NCBI GenBank assembly: GCA_038064895.1
Contig: JBBTSA010000010.1
Span: forward strand, 118,616-182,615
Direction: 5' to 3'
Origin: Patescibacteria group bacterium
GTDB taxonomy: Bacteria; Patescibacteriota; Microgenomatia; Daviesbacterales; UBA10151
Length of the DNA stretch: 64,000 bases
Part shown: positions 55,417 through 63,975 of the stretch, in pieces
Numbering within the stretch: position 1 is the first letter of the stretch
Layout of the letters: the number at the start of each line of letters is the position of its first letter
Program-made: the position numbers and the translations under genes
Notes under the pieces: model-generated
What the model saw: only the letters and a program-made list of their open reading frames with translations
The model's database searches: none
What the model was told of the DNA's origin: nothing

Positions 55417-57733
55417 GACCTTTCCATATTAGTTTAGTTTGACAACGACAAACTGCCTTAGGATCTCTATTCTTACCTAAAACTAAGTAATCGTAATCAT
55501 CCTCATCCCTCAAAGGATGAGAGTTAATATTTGCTTCCACATTGAGATAAACTCCTGACTGCGGTAGAAAATATATTTCTTTGTCTCTTAAGCTAAAAAT
55601 AACTGCTCTCCTTAAAAAGGGGGGGTTAAAATATTCTTCATTATCAATGTAAATCTTTCCAGATGCTTCAAAAACCTCCTTAAACTCATTAAAAGTTCCT
55701 TCTATTTCTTGACCTTGCGCCAGATATTTATCGGTAATCAGATAAATTTTTTCCCAATCCGTTTCAACATTTGAGTTATCGAATAACTTTATAAAAAATT
55801 CTTCGTTTTGTAACTGCGCTTTTCTAATTTCAGGTAAAGTTTCAAAGTAGCTAGCATCTATTAGTAAAGTGGAGATTTTAAGTTTACGAAGTACTAGAGG
55901 ACTTAAATATACTGCTATATCAAAATATTCCGGAGAGGCCTCGATTGTATATGCTCTAAAATCTCCAGGAAAAATAGGAGCAAATACTCCCGCTTCCACT
56001 AATGCTCTTGACATGCCACTTGGATGAGGGGTACGGATATCTAAAACAACAACTCTGCTGTTATAAGGCAGATTATTTTTCATCCATTTGATACCTTCGC
56101 TACTTTTTTGGGGACTTGGTACCAGTTGATTCTCTCCAAATCTGGTTTTAGACAAAAGGGCAAGGGGAGGAATAATAGTGGGGACAAAAAGCCACAAAAT
56201 GAAAATAAAAAATAAAATTTTTTTTAAAAAAAATCCCTGTCTGATAAATTTGATGCTCTTTAGTAAAGTCAAGCAAATGACTAAAGAAAAAACCAAAAAA
56301 GAAAAAGATAAAAATCTATTGCCATTTGCCACTAAAAATTTAGGGACCAAAACATTGTATGCAACAAGCGAGGTGAAACCGGCAATAAATATAGTAAGCA
56401 ATAATATAAAGTACTTAAATTCAGTCCTAAGAATAATCAATATTAAAATGTTTATTAAAATTAGTAGATCTAGTCCTGCATGAAACCAACGAAGGCCTAA
56501 CCATTCATCTTTTACAGGCAGTGTTTTGGATATCGCCTGGTAATAATGATAAGAAGTAAAATCTTCCTTTATATCCTCTTTTTTGGGAAATACTATTACT
56601 GATTCTTCTTTTATTTTGGAAGGGCCAGTTGCAGAAGTAATAATACCACCCTGAAATAATATGATTAAAGATGTTAATACTCCCAGTAACATTAAAACCT
56701 TAAGATTTTTAAAAAGCGTTCCTTTATTTTTTTCTATTAATAATACACCCACAAATATTGCCGGAGCGGTAGCTACAAAAATTGACTCACTAACTAGAGC
56801 CAGCGTTGATAAACCCACAGATAAAGTAGTCCAAGTTGCTAAAGAATTATTTTTCCTATAATAAATTAGTATTGCTAAAATTGATAAAAAAATCGAAAGA
56901 CCAAATGAGTGAAAAATAAAGTAGATTAAGGCATCTAAGTTTATTGGTGCTCCATATACTTCGATTGACTGATTTACAGTCGGTAGGTTTCTAAGGAATA
57001 TAATAAGCTCATTAAAATTATGAATATTTGGCAAATGAATAGGAAAATTAGGTATTAAGAGGTAGAAAAAACCAAAACTTACAAACAAAGTAAGGCCTGC
57101 CAAATTAGCGAGTAAAAATGATAGCAGATCCTTAGATCTACCCCAAATCCAAATAAATATTTGGACACTACATAGTATAAACAGAGTAGAGAAAAAAAGG
57201 TGTAAAAATTTGAAGTCCAGTCCGGTAAACAGGTAAAATGCTCCCAAAAGTTCCGATGTACCCAAATGATACAAGAGAGGTAAATCTGGCTGCCAAGGGG
57301 TCAGGGAAGGAAAATTTCCTTTTATAAAAGTGTGTGCAACCCCGTAGTAAAGATTAGTATCGCTACCAATTAATGCATAACTACCTTTCCAGACCAAAAA
57401 GCTACCCCAAAAAACTAAGGAGGCAATATATAAAAGAAGTAACTTTCCGCCAGGAAATACCACTTTTGATAATCCCCTACTTAAATAAAAAATAATTGAT
57501 AAAGAAATCAAAATGAAATATGAAAATATTGCCCCGGTTAATCCTTTGATAAAAAAGGAGGTAATGTTTAGGCTAAAGATAAACAGCAATATACCGAAAA
57601 TGCTTCCCACCGGTAATAATAATTCAAATCTTTCTATGGAGGAGGTTTTTCGAAGTATTATTATTCCTGCAATTATTAAAGGAAGTAAAAGCACAAACAG
57701 TAAAAGATAAAAATACAGTGATTGAGTAAACAT
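55382..57733 (-). CDS. Polytopic membrane protein, family A (783 aa); putative GT-C-like glycosyltransferase
   Basis: RKTSSIERFELLLPVGSIFGILLFIFSLNITSFFIKG, LTPWQPDL, SESIFVAT, and C-terminus YDYLVLGKNRDPKAVCRCQTKLIWKGLNNE. Confidence 0.5.
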   Translation of the reverse strand: MFTQSLYFYLLLFVLLLPLIIAGIIILRKTSSIERFELLLPVGSIFGILLFIFSLNITSFFIKGLTGAIFSYFILISLSIIFYLSRGLSKVVFPGGKLLLLYIASLVFWGSFLVWKGSYALIGSDTNLYYGVAHTFIKGNFPSLTPWQPDLPLLYHLGTSELLGAFYLFTGLDFKFLHLFFSTLFILCSVQIFIWIWGRSKDLLSFLLANLAGLTLFVSFGFFYLLIPNFPIHLPNIHNFNELIIFLRNLPTVNQSIEVYGAPINLDALIYFIFHSFGLSIFLSILAILIYYRKNNSLATWTTLSVGLSTLALVSESIFVATAPAIFVGVLLIEKNKGTLFKNLKVLMLLGVLTSLIILFQGGIITSATGPSKIKEESVIVFPKKEDIKEDFTSYHYYQAISKTLPVKDEWLGLRWFHAGLDLLILINILILIILRTEFKYFILLLTIFIAGFTSLVAYNVLVPKFLVANGNRFLSFSFLVFSLVICLTLLKSIKFIRQGFFLKKILFFIFILWLFVPTIIPPLALLSKTRFGENQLVPSPQKSSEGIKWMKNNLPYNSRVVVLDIRTPHPSGMSRALVEAGVFAPIFPGDFRAYTIEASPEYFDIAVYLSPLVLRKLKISTLLIDASYFETLPEIRKAQLQNEEFFIKLFDNSNVETDWEKIYLITDKYLAQGQEIEGTFNEFKEVFEASGKIYIDNEEYFNPPFLRRAVIFSLRDKEIYFLPQSGVYLNVEANINSHPLRDEDDYDYLVLGKNRDPKAVCRCQTKLIWKGLNNEVYVLKRI

Positions 57734-57738
57734 ATAAT

Positions 57739-58710
57739 TTGATATACTATACTACCAAACCGATGAAAAATAAAAAATATCAAAATATTTTAGTAACAGG
57801 GGGTGCAGGTTGTGTCGGATCAACTTTAGTTCCCCTACTGCTAAAAGCAGGTTATAAAGTAAGAGTTCTAGATAATTTAATGTATGGGGGTATGGGACTG
57901 TTAACCAATTTCTCAAATCCCAACTTTGAGGTGATCATTGGGGATATTAGAAATAAGACAGTCGTTACATCTGCATTAAAGAATATGCATGCTATTATCC
58001 ATTTGGCAGCAATAGTTGGTTATCCGGCTTGTGATAAATATCCCCGTGAAGCACAGGAGATAAACTATCAAGCCACGAAACAGCTAAATGAACTAAGAGG
58101 CAAAAATCAATTGCTTATCTTTGCTTCAACAGGAAGCAATTATGGTCATGTGGAATCCGGAATGTGTACAGAGGAAACTCCCCTTGCACCTCTTACTAAT
58201 TACGGAAGAAGTAAAACAAAGGCCGAAGAAGCTATCGTAACTTCTCCAAACGTCATCATTTATAGATTTGCCACTGCATTTGGTTTGTCTCCAAGATTAA
58301 GGCTTGATCTTTTTATCAACGATCTTACTTATCAAGCCCTCAAGACTAAACATTTAGTTATATATGAAAAAGATTATAGAAGAACATTTATTCATGTTAA
58401 AGATATGGCTAAATCTTTCATATTTGCTTTGGAAAATAGTTCAAAAATGATAGGTCAAACTTATAATGTCGGCGATGAATCAATGAATTTAAAAAAAGAA
58501 GATATAGTAAATATTTTACTTCAAAAACTGGAATTTATATTAAACTTTACTGACTCTGGTAGAGATGCTGATCAAAGAAATTACGCAGTTGATTATTCTA
58601 AAATTAAAAAACTTGGATTTAAAACAGATATTTCAATTGAGAATGGAACTGATGAGATGATTAATGCCTTCAAAGTTGTAACTATCAAAAACCCCTACTC
58701 TAATTATTAA
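57739..58710 (+). CDS. Extended-SDR NAD-dependent NDP-sugar epimerase/dehydratase
   Basis: ILVTGGAGCVGSTLVPLLLKAGYKVRVLDN, YGRSKTKAEE (YxxxK). Confidence 0.7.
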   Translation: MIYYTTKPMKNKKYQNILVTGGAGCVGSTLVPLLLKAGYKVRVLDNLMYGGMGLLTNFSNPNFEVIIGDIRNKTVVTSALKNMHAIIHLAAIVGYPACDKYPREAQEINYQATKQLNELRGKNQLLIFASTGSNYGHVESGMCTEETPLAPLTNYGRSKTKAEEAIVTSPNVIIYRFATAFGLSPRLRLDLFINDLTYQALKTKHLVIYEKDYRRTFIHVKDMAKSFIFALENSSKMIGQTYNVGDESMNLKKEDIVNILLQKLEFILNFTDSGRDADQRNYAVDYSKIKKLGFKTDISIENGTDEMINAFKVVTIKNPYSNY

Positions 58711-58715
58711 AGCCT

Positions 58716-59897
58716 ATGATCAAACTTATTAAATCAACCTTCCTAAATGAGTCAGAGGTCAAGAAAAAATTAGTCGAGTTTATTGTAAAAACAGAAATTT
58801 TGAGTATGGGAAAGGAGTGTCAAGAATTTGAGGAAAGCTTTACTAAATATCAAGAAAGAAAATATGCTGTCCTGGTAAACAGCGGTAGTTCAGCTAATCT
58901 TGCTTTAATTCAATCATTACTTAATCTTGGACGCCTTAAAAAAAGTGATCTTATTGGGTTTTCTGCGCTTACTTGGTCAACCAATACTATGCCGCTTTTG
59001 CAGCTTGGATTAAATCCAATACCAATAGATGTTGAAATTGATACTCTAAATATATGTAGTAAAACATTACTAAAAACCCTTAAGAAATATAAGCTACAAG
59101 CCCTATTTATAACTAACCTTTTGGGCTTTTGTGATGACATTGATAAAATCCAGCAAATTTGTAAGAAAAATAAAGTTTTGTTGATAGAGGATAATTGCGA
59201 ATCTTTAGGAACTGTTTATAAAGGTAAGAAATTGGGTAACTTTTCTCTTGCAAGCACTTGCTCGTTTTATGTTGCACATCATTTATCTACAATTGAGGGA
59301 GGGATTATCTGCACGGATGATAAGCAGTTAGCTAATATGCTTAAAATTGTCAGAGCTCATGGTTGGGATAGAAATCTCGATCAAGAAAGTCAAAAAATAT
59401 TACGCATAAATAATAAAGTTTCTGACTTTTATGCAAAATATACCTTCTATGATTTAGGTTATAACATAAGACCCACGGAGATTACAGGTTTTTTAGGAAA
59501 TTGCCAAATTGGATTTATAGATCAAGCGAACAAAAAAAGAGAGCAAAACTTTTTTAAACTTGCTAAAGTTATCTATTCTCAAACGGATAAATATTATCCT
59601 ATGAGATTTAATCATATTGAATTTTTATCAAATTTTGCAGTACCTGTTGTGTGTAAATCGAAAAGAATACTAAAAGATCTTCTAAAAAGATCTGCGGATA
59701 TAATAGAAGTCCGGCCAATTGAAGGAGGAGATATGACAGAACAACCCTTTTTTCAAAAATATCTTACAAATGTAAATAAAAATCTAGTTAATCCTAATGC
59801 TAGGGTAATACATAATCAGGGACTTTTTTTTGGAAACAATCCGGATTTAACAAAAAAAGAATTGAAGACAATTATAAATATTTTTAGCAACAATTAG
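58716..59897 (+). CDS. DegT-fold PMP-dependent NDP-4-keto-6-deoxyhexose 3-dehydratase-like (ColD/E1 class)
   Basis: DegT-family N-terminus (AVLVNSGSSANLALIQ). At the position of the Schiff-base Lys the sequence is FSLASTCSFYVAHHLSTIEGG, with His-His instead of Lys, followed by VRAHGWDRN. Both are hallmarks of the ColD/E1 3-dehydratases, recalled from memory. Confidence 0.6.
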   Translation: MIKLIKSTFLNESEVKKKLVEFIVKTEILSMGKECQEFEESFTKYQERKYAVLVNSGSSANLALIQSLLNLGRLKKSDLIGFSALTWSTNTMPLLQLGLNPIPIDVEIDTLNICSKTLLKTLKKYKLQALFITNLLGFCDDIDKIQQICKKNKVLLIEDNCESLGTVYKGKKLGNFSLASTCSFYVAHHLSTIEGGIICTDDKQLANMLKIVRAHGWDRNLDQESQKILRINNKVSDFYAKYTFYDLGYNIRPTEITGFLGNCQIGFIDQANKKREQNFFKLAKVIYSQTDKYYPMRFNHIEFLSNFAVPVVCKSKRILKDLLKRSADIIEVRPIEGGDMTEQPFFQKYLTNVNKNLVNPNARVIHNQGLFFGNNPDLTKKELKTIINIFSNN

Positions 59898-59902
59898 CCT
59901 AC

Positions 59903-60802
59903 ATGACAAAAATCTCTTCATTCAGTAGTATGAAAGATTATATTTCTTTAGCAACTGCTACATTTTATCCGTCATGGCCCTTTGATAAATCAGATAAAGT
60001 TAGGGGTGATTTGGCAATTGAAACATTGAAAGCAATAAAGCAAATGGGGCTTTCGCTTTATATATCAGATGGGGGAAGTTCAGAAGGTTTTCTTACTAAA
60101 ATTTCAAGCCTAGGATATAAAATATATACACAAAAAAAAGGCGGGTTAAGTGCCGGTCGAAGACAGGCTCTAACTCAAGCAAGTCTTAAAAAGGATAGCC
60201 TGGCTATTGTTTTATTTGAACCTGAAAAAGTATCATTTATAAAAGAATGCTTAATCAAGTTAGTTCAGTCTATAATAGAATCTCAAGCGGATATGGTAAT
60301 ACCAAAAAGGGATGAAGAATCATTTTTATCTTATCCATATTATCAAGCATCGTCTGAAAGGCTTCTTAATTCACTAATGGCTTCAATGATAATAAATGCT
60401 TTGAAAAAAAAGGGGGGGGCAATTCCAAAAAAAATTAATGAGATCGATTTTTTATTTGGACCGAAAATAATCTCAAATAAGCCCCACATTTTAGATCTGT
60501 TTATGGATAAATATGCCAGCAAAAATCTATCGGATGAGAAAAAATTTCAATGCGAGGTTTGGGCGAATGCTCTATTCTTCCCACTATTTGTAGCTTTATA
60601 TAAGGGGTCCAAGGTTATTAGTTTGCCTGTATCTTATTTTCACCCCAAAAGCCAAACACTTGTGGAGAAAAGTAACCCTTTATTCATTAGAAAAAGAGAG
60701 CACCAATTTAAAACTCTGCTGGATGCAACTAAAGAGCTTCTCTTACTACTTGAAAATAATCCTAAGTCACGTATAAAATATACTGGAAGATTTTATGAAT
60801 AA
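59903..60802 (+). CDS. Hypothetical protein; possible cryptic GT-A-fold nucleotide-sugar transferase
   Basis: No clear family. LSLYISDGGSSEGF and AIVLFEPEKV loosely resemble the GT2 DxGS and DXD regions. Contains the A8-G8 homopolymer tract at 60404-60419. Confidence 0.3.
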   Translation: MTKISSFSSMKDYISLATATFYPSWPFDKSDKVRGDLAIETLKAIKQMGLSLYISDGGSSEGFLTKISSLGYKIYTQKKGGLSAGRRQALTQASLKKDSLAIVLFEPEKVSFIKECLIKLVQSIIESQADMVIPKRDEESFLSYPYYQASSERLLNSLMASMIINALKKKGGAIPKKINEIDFLFGPKIISNKPHILDLFMDKYASKNLSDEKKFQCEVWANALFFPLFVALYKGSKVISLPVSYFHPKSQTLVEKSNPLFIRKREHQFKTLLDATKELLLLLENNPKSRIKYTGRFYE

Positions 60803-61730
60803 ATCATCAAAGATTTATATTGCAGGACATAAGGGGCTTGTAGGATCTGCTATTTTGCATAAATTCCAATCCGAAGGATATAAAAATATTATTACAAGAA
60901 CCCATTCTGAATTGGATCTCACAAGACAAGATTTGGTAGAAGATTTTTTTAATCAGGAAAAACCTCATTATGTCATTATAGCGGCCGCTCGCGTTGGAGG
61001 TATAAAAGCAAATATGACCTATCCTGCAGAATTCTTATATGAAAATTTAAGTATTCAAAATAATATAATTTGGTCAGCTCTTAAAACCGGCACAAAAAAG
61101 TTAATGTTTTTAGGAAGTTCTTGTATCTATCCCCGGCAGTGTCCTCAACCCATGAAAGAAGAGTACTTACTAACCGGTAAACTGGAACCAACAAATGAAG
61201 CATACGCGGTTGCTAAAGTCGCAGGTCTAAAATTATGTGAATACATAAAGCGTGAATTAAAAAAATCATTTATTTCTGTAATGCCAACGACTATTTATGG
61301 GCCAAAGGACCATTTTGACCCGCTCATCGCTCATGTAGTTCCTTCTTTAATAAGAAGAATGGTGGAAGCTAAAAAATTAAACTCTAAGTCTATAGAAATT
61401 TGGGGAACAGGTAATTCCAGAAGGGAATTTTTATATGTTGATGATTTAGCGGATGCAATTTATTTTCTAATGCAAAACTATGATAGTAAAGATTTTATTA
61501 ATATAGGTGTTGGCAACGATATCTCTATTAAAGAACTGACATATATCTTAAAAGATCTTACCGGGTTTAAGGGTAAGTTAGTCTTTGATAGATCTAAACC
61601 GGACGGCATGCCTAGAAAACTAATGGATACTCAAAGGCTTAATAAACTTGGCTGGAGACCAAAGGTTGATCTCAGGGAAGGATTAAAACAAACTATTGAT
61701 TGGTATATGGAAACATTATCGAAAGACTAA
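60795..61730 (+). CDS. GDP-L-fucose synthase family (Fcl/WcaG/ColC; GDP-4-keto-6-deoxy-D-mannose 3,5-epimerase/4-reductase or colitose synthase)
   Basis: Near-collinear match to remembered E. coli Fcl: KIYIAGHKGLVGSAI, AAARVGGIKANMTYPAEFLYENL, LMFLGSSCIYP, LEPTNEAYAVAKVAGLKLCE, IWGTGNSRREFLYVDDLA, DRSKPDGMPRKLMDTQRLNKLGW. Confidence 0.85.
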   Translation: MNKSSKIYIAGHKGLVGSAILHKFQSEGYKNIITRTHSELDLTRQDLVEDFFNQEKPHYVIIAAARVGGIKANMTYPAEFLYENLSIQNNIIWSALKTGTKKLMFLGSSCIYPRQCPQPMKEEYLLTGKLEPTNEAYAVAKVAGLKLCEYIKRELKKSFISVMPTTIYGPKDHFDPLIAHVVPSLIRRMVEAKKLNSKSIEIWGTGNSRREFLYVDDLADAIYFLMQNYDSKDFINIGVGNDISIKELTYILKDLTGFKGKLVFDRSKPDGMPRKLMDTQRLNKLGWRPKVDLREGLKQTIDWYMETLSKD

Positions 61731-62857
61731 TATGGCTCGATTATTTTATTTATAAAATCAAGACTCTCAAGGATAGATTGCTTCCATGAGAATTTTTTAC
61801 TCCATTTTACTGCTTCTACTCTCATTCTCTGATATCTACTATAATTACTTAATAAATCCATTAGTTCAGAAGCTAAACTATTTACGGAATGTTGTTTATC
61901 AATTATTCCAGTTTTACCATTTAAAATAGAATCTCTAAGACCCGGCACATCAAATGCAACGGTTGGTGTACCCATTGCAGCTGCCTCGATTACCACTAAA
62001 CCCCAACCTTCACGGATTGAAGGATTTATTAAAACATGTGCTTTTGCTAACAGTTTATATTTCTTTTTTTCTGAAACATGTCCCCAGAACTTAACTTTTT
62101 TAGAAATTCCCAAATCTTTAACCTTTTTTTTAAGATAATCTAAATATTTTAATTCTGATCTACCCACAACCCAAAATTGCCATCCCTTTTGTGCACGATT
62201 AACTGTAGCAAAAACTTTTATAGCATCTTCTATACCCTTATCTTTGCTTAATACACCAAGATAAATCAGAGTTTTATTCTTTTCTTTTGGGGGAAGTTTC
62301 TTTTTTCGGGGTTGATCTATACCATTATGTACAATCGTAATATTTTTTGGAGGAACTCCCCACAAAGTTAGATCTTGTTTTGTGGAATCCGATACCGTTA
62401 TAAATGGTATTCGGCTATATATTAATTTAAAGATAAATGGCTCAAATAATGGTCCAAAAAGAGCAGGAAGTAAATTAAATGGTGTTGGCCAAGAGTTGAA
62501 CTTCCATACCTCCTTAGTAACCTCGTGTATAAAAGCTAATTTTTTAGTTCTAATATAAAGAGGGGTAAAAAAGGGTATGCCGTGAAATTGATCTATCACT
62601 AAATCAAATTTTTTGTGACTACCAAATAGATACCATATAAAGGCTTGAAGTTGAACTCCAAAAATTTCGGATCCAACTCTTTTGACATTAATTCCATCAA
62701 GTGTCTCCTCATTTTTGGCTCCTTTAAAGTTTGCTGTAAAAAGGGTTACATTATGCCCTGCGCTTACCCAACCTTTAGCATGCTCATGAGTTGATATTTC
62801 TGCTCCGCCCGCATTCGGATGACCCGGTCCACGCCAAGAGAAAAGTAATATATTCAT
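61727..62857 (-). CDS. Glycosyltransferase family 4 (GT-B fold)
   Basis: NPSIREGWGLVVIEAAAMGTPTVAFDVPGLRDSI (E-X7-E). Confidence 0.75.
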   Translation of the reverse strand: MNILLFSWRGPGHPNAGGAEISTHEHAKGWVSAGHNVTLFTANFKGAKNEETLDGINVKRVGSEIFGVQLQAFIWYLFGSHKKFDLVIDQFHGIPFFTPLYIRTKKLAFIHEVTKEVWKFNSWPTPFNLLPALFGPLFEPFIFKLIYSRIPFITVSDSTKQDLTLWGVPPKNITIVHNGIDQPRKKKLPPKEKNKTLIYLGVLSKDKGIEDAIKVFATVNRAQKGWQFWVVGRSELKYLDYLKKKVKDLGISKKVKFWGHVSEKKKYKLLAKAHVLINPSIREGWGLVVIEAAAMGTPTVAFDVPGLRDSILNGKTGIIDKQHSVNSLASELMDLLSNYSRYQRMRVEAVKWSKKFSWKQSILESLDFINKIIEPY

Positions 62858-63975
62858 AAGTTTTGAACTTTATATATTACTATATTGTTACTTTTAAAGA
62901 TAACCTCCAAATTACTACTTTTGTTTAAGCAATCACTAGTTTTAGCAACAACGTATGCAATCATATTCTCTTTTAAAAATGCCTTATTGTTATCATTAAG
63001 TTCGCATCTAAAAAAGGCTTTTACCTGCTGTTTTCTGTCGGTATAATCTACCAGTAAACCATCTAGTAAGGCATCGCTTCCATAAAACAATTGCTGATTA
63101 GAATACGCTGATAAAAATACACTCACGGTAAAATCAGGGGAAGCAAGGAGTATGCCACGCTTCTGGCTGGATAAAAATCCTGCCGCTTCAACTAATTCAT
63201 TGTCTATGGTGAAAGAATTAACAGGATTATAAATCTTAATAGGATTATAAACATTTAGGGTGAAAATTACTCCGGGCAATAAGCTAAGCCAAATAAGTAA
63301 ACCCAAAGTTATGCTTAAAAGGGGCTTTCTAAGATATAGAAAACCAAGGACAACGGCTGTCAAAACTCCTAAACTAACTACGGCAGGGTAGAAAAATTGT
63401 ATTGTTACAATAGCACCACCAACATATATAAAAGACATTGTTAGAACGAAAGCCCAAAGCGCCGATAATATAAGCAGCAAAATCACTACTTTCTTAAGAA
63501 AATCTATTTTAAGAAAAGCTGAAAATAAGCCACTCAAAAAAGGCCCCAAATTAATTATCAAAAATAATAAAATTCCTTCTAAATAAAGTTTTAAGATTCC
63601 ACGATAACCCCCTATTGATAATAAATATTGTCTTTTCAACTCCCACTCCGGGAAATTTAATCTGTCAGAAGCCTCATACATTACTCTTATAAACCAAAAG
63701 GGACTAAAGATAAGGGTTTTCTGACCCAAGCTAACTGTAGGGACTAAAAATACAGCCCCAATAGGTAAACTGAAGATAAAAATTTTCAAAATAGTAAAAT
63801 TTCCAAGTAATAGCATGAAAAGGCCTAAGGTACCGATAGCGGCAAACATTACTAGTGCCGTATGGGATTTTATAGCAAAAAGTGATCCTAAAATAATTGA
63901 TATCAAAAGAATAGACTTTAAATTAAATTTTTGAATTATTAGTAGAAGATAGCAGACCGCAAAAAATAAGATCAT
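62854..63975 (-). CDS. Polytopic membrane protein (about 10-11 helices, 373 aa); possible Wzy/O-antigen-ligase-like or other glycan membrane enzyme
   Basis: Almost entirely hydrophobic helices with short loops and no soluble domain. One larger loop (KRQYLLSIGGYRGILKLYLEG) is present. The function is not assignable from sequence. Confidence 0.35.
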   Translation of the reverse strand: MILFFAVCYLLLIIQKFNLKSILLISIILGSLFAIKSHTALVMFAAIGTLGLFMLLLGNFTILKIFIFSLPIGAVFLVPTVSLGQKTLIFSPFWFIRVMYEASDRLNFPEWELKRQYLLSIGGYRGILKLYLEGILLFLIINLGPFLSGLFSAFLKIDFLKKVVILLLILSALWAFVLTMSFIYVGGAIVTIQFFYPAVVSLGVLTAVVLGFLYLRKPLLSITLGLLIWLSLLPGVIFTLNVYNPIKIYNPVNSFTIDNELVEAAGFLSSQKRGILLASPDFTVSVFLSAYSNQQLFYGSDALLDGLLVDYTDRKQQVKAFFRCELNDNNKAFLKENMIAYVVAKTSDCLNKSSNLEVIFKSNNIVIYKVQNL

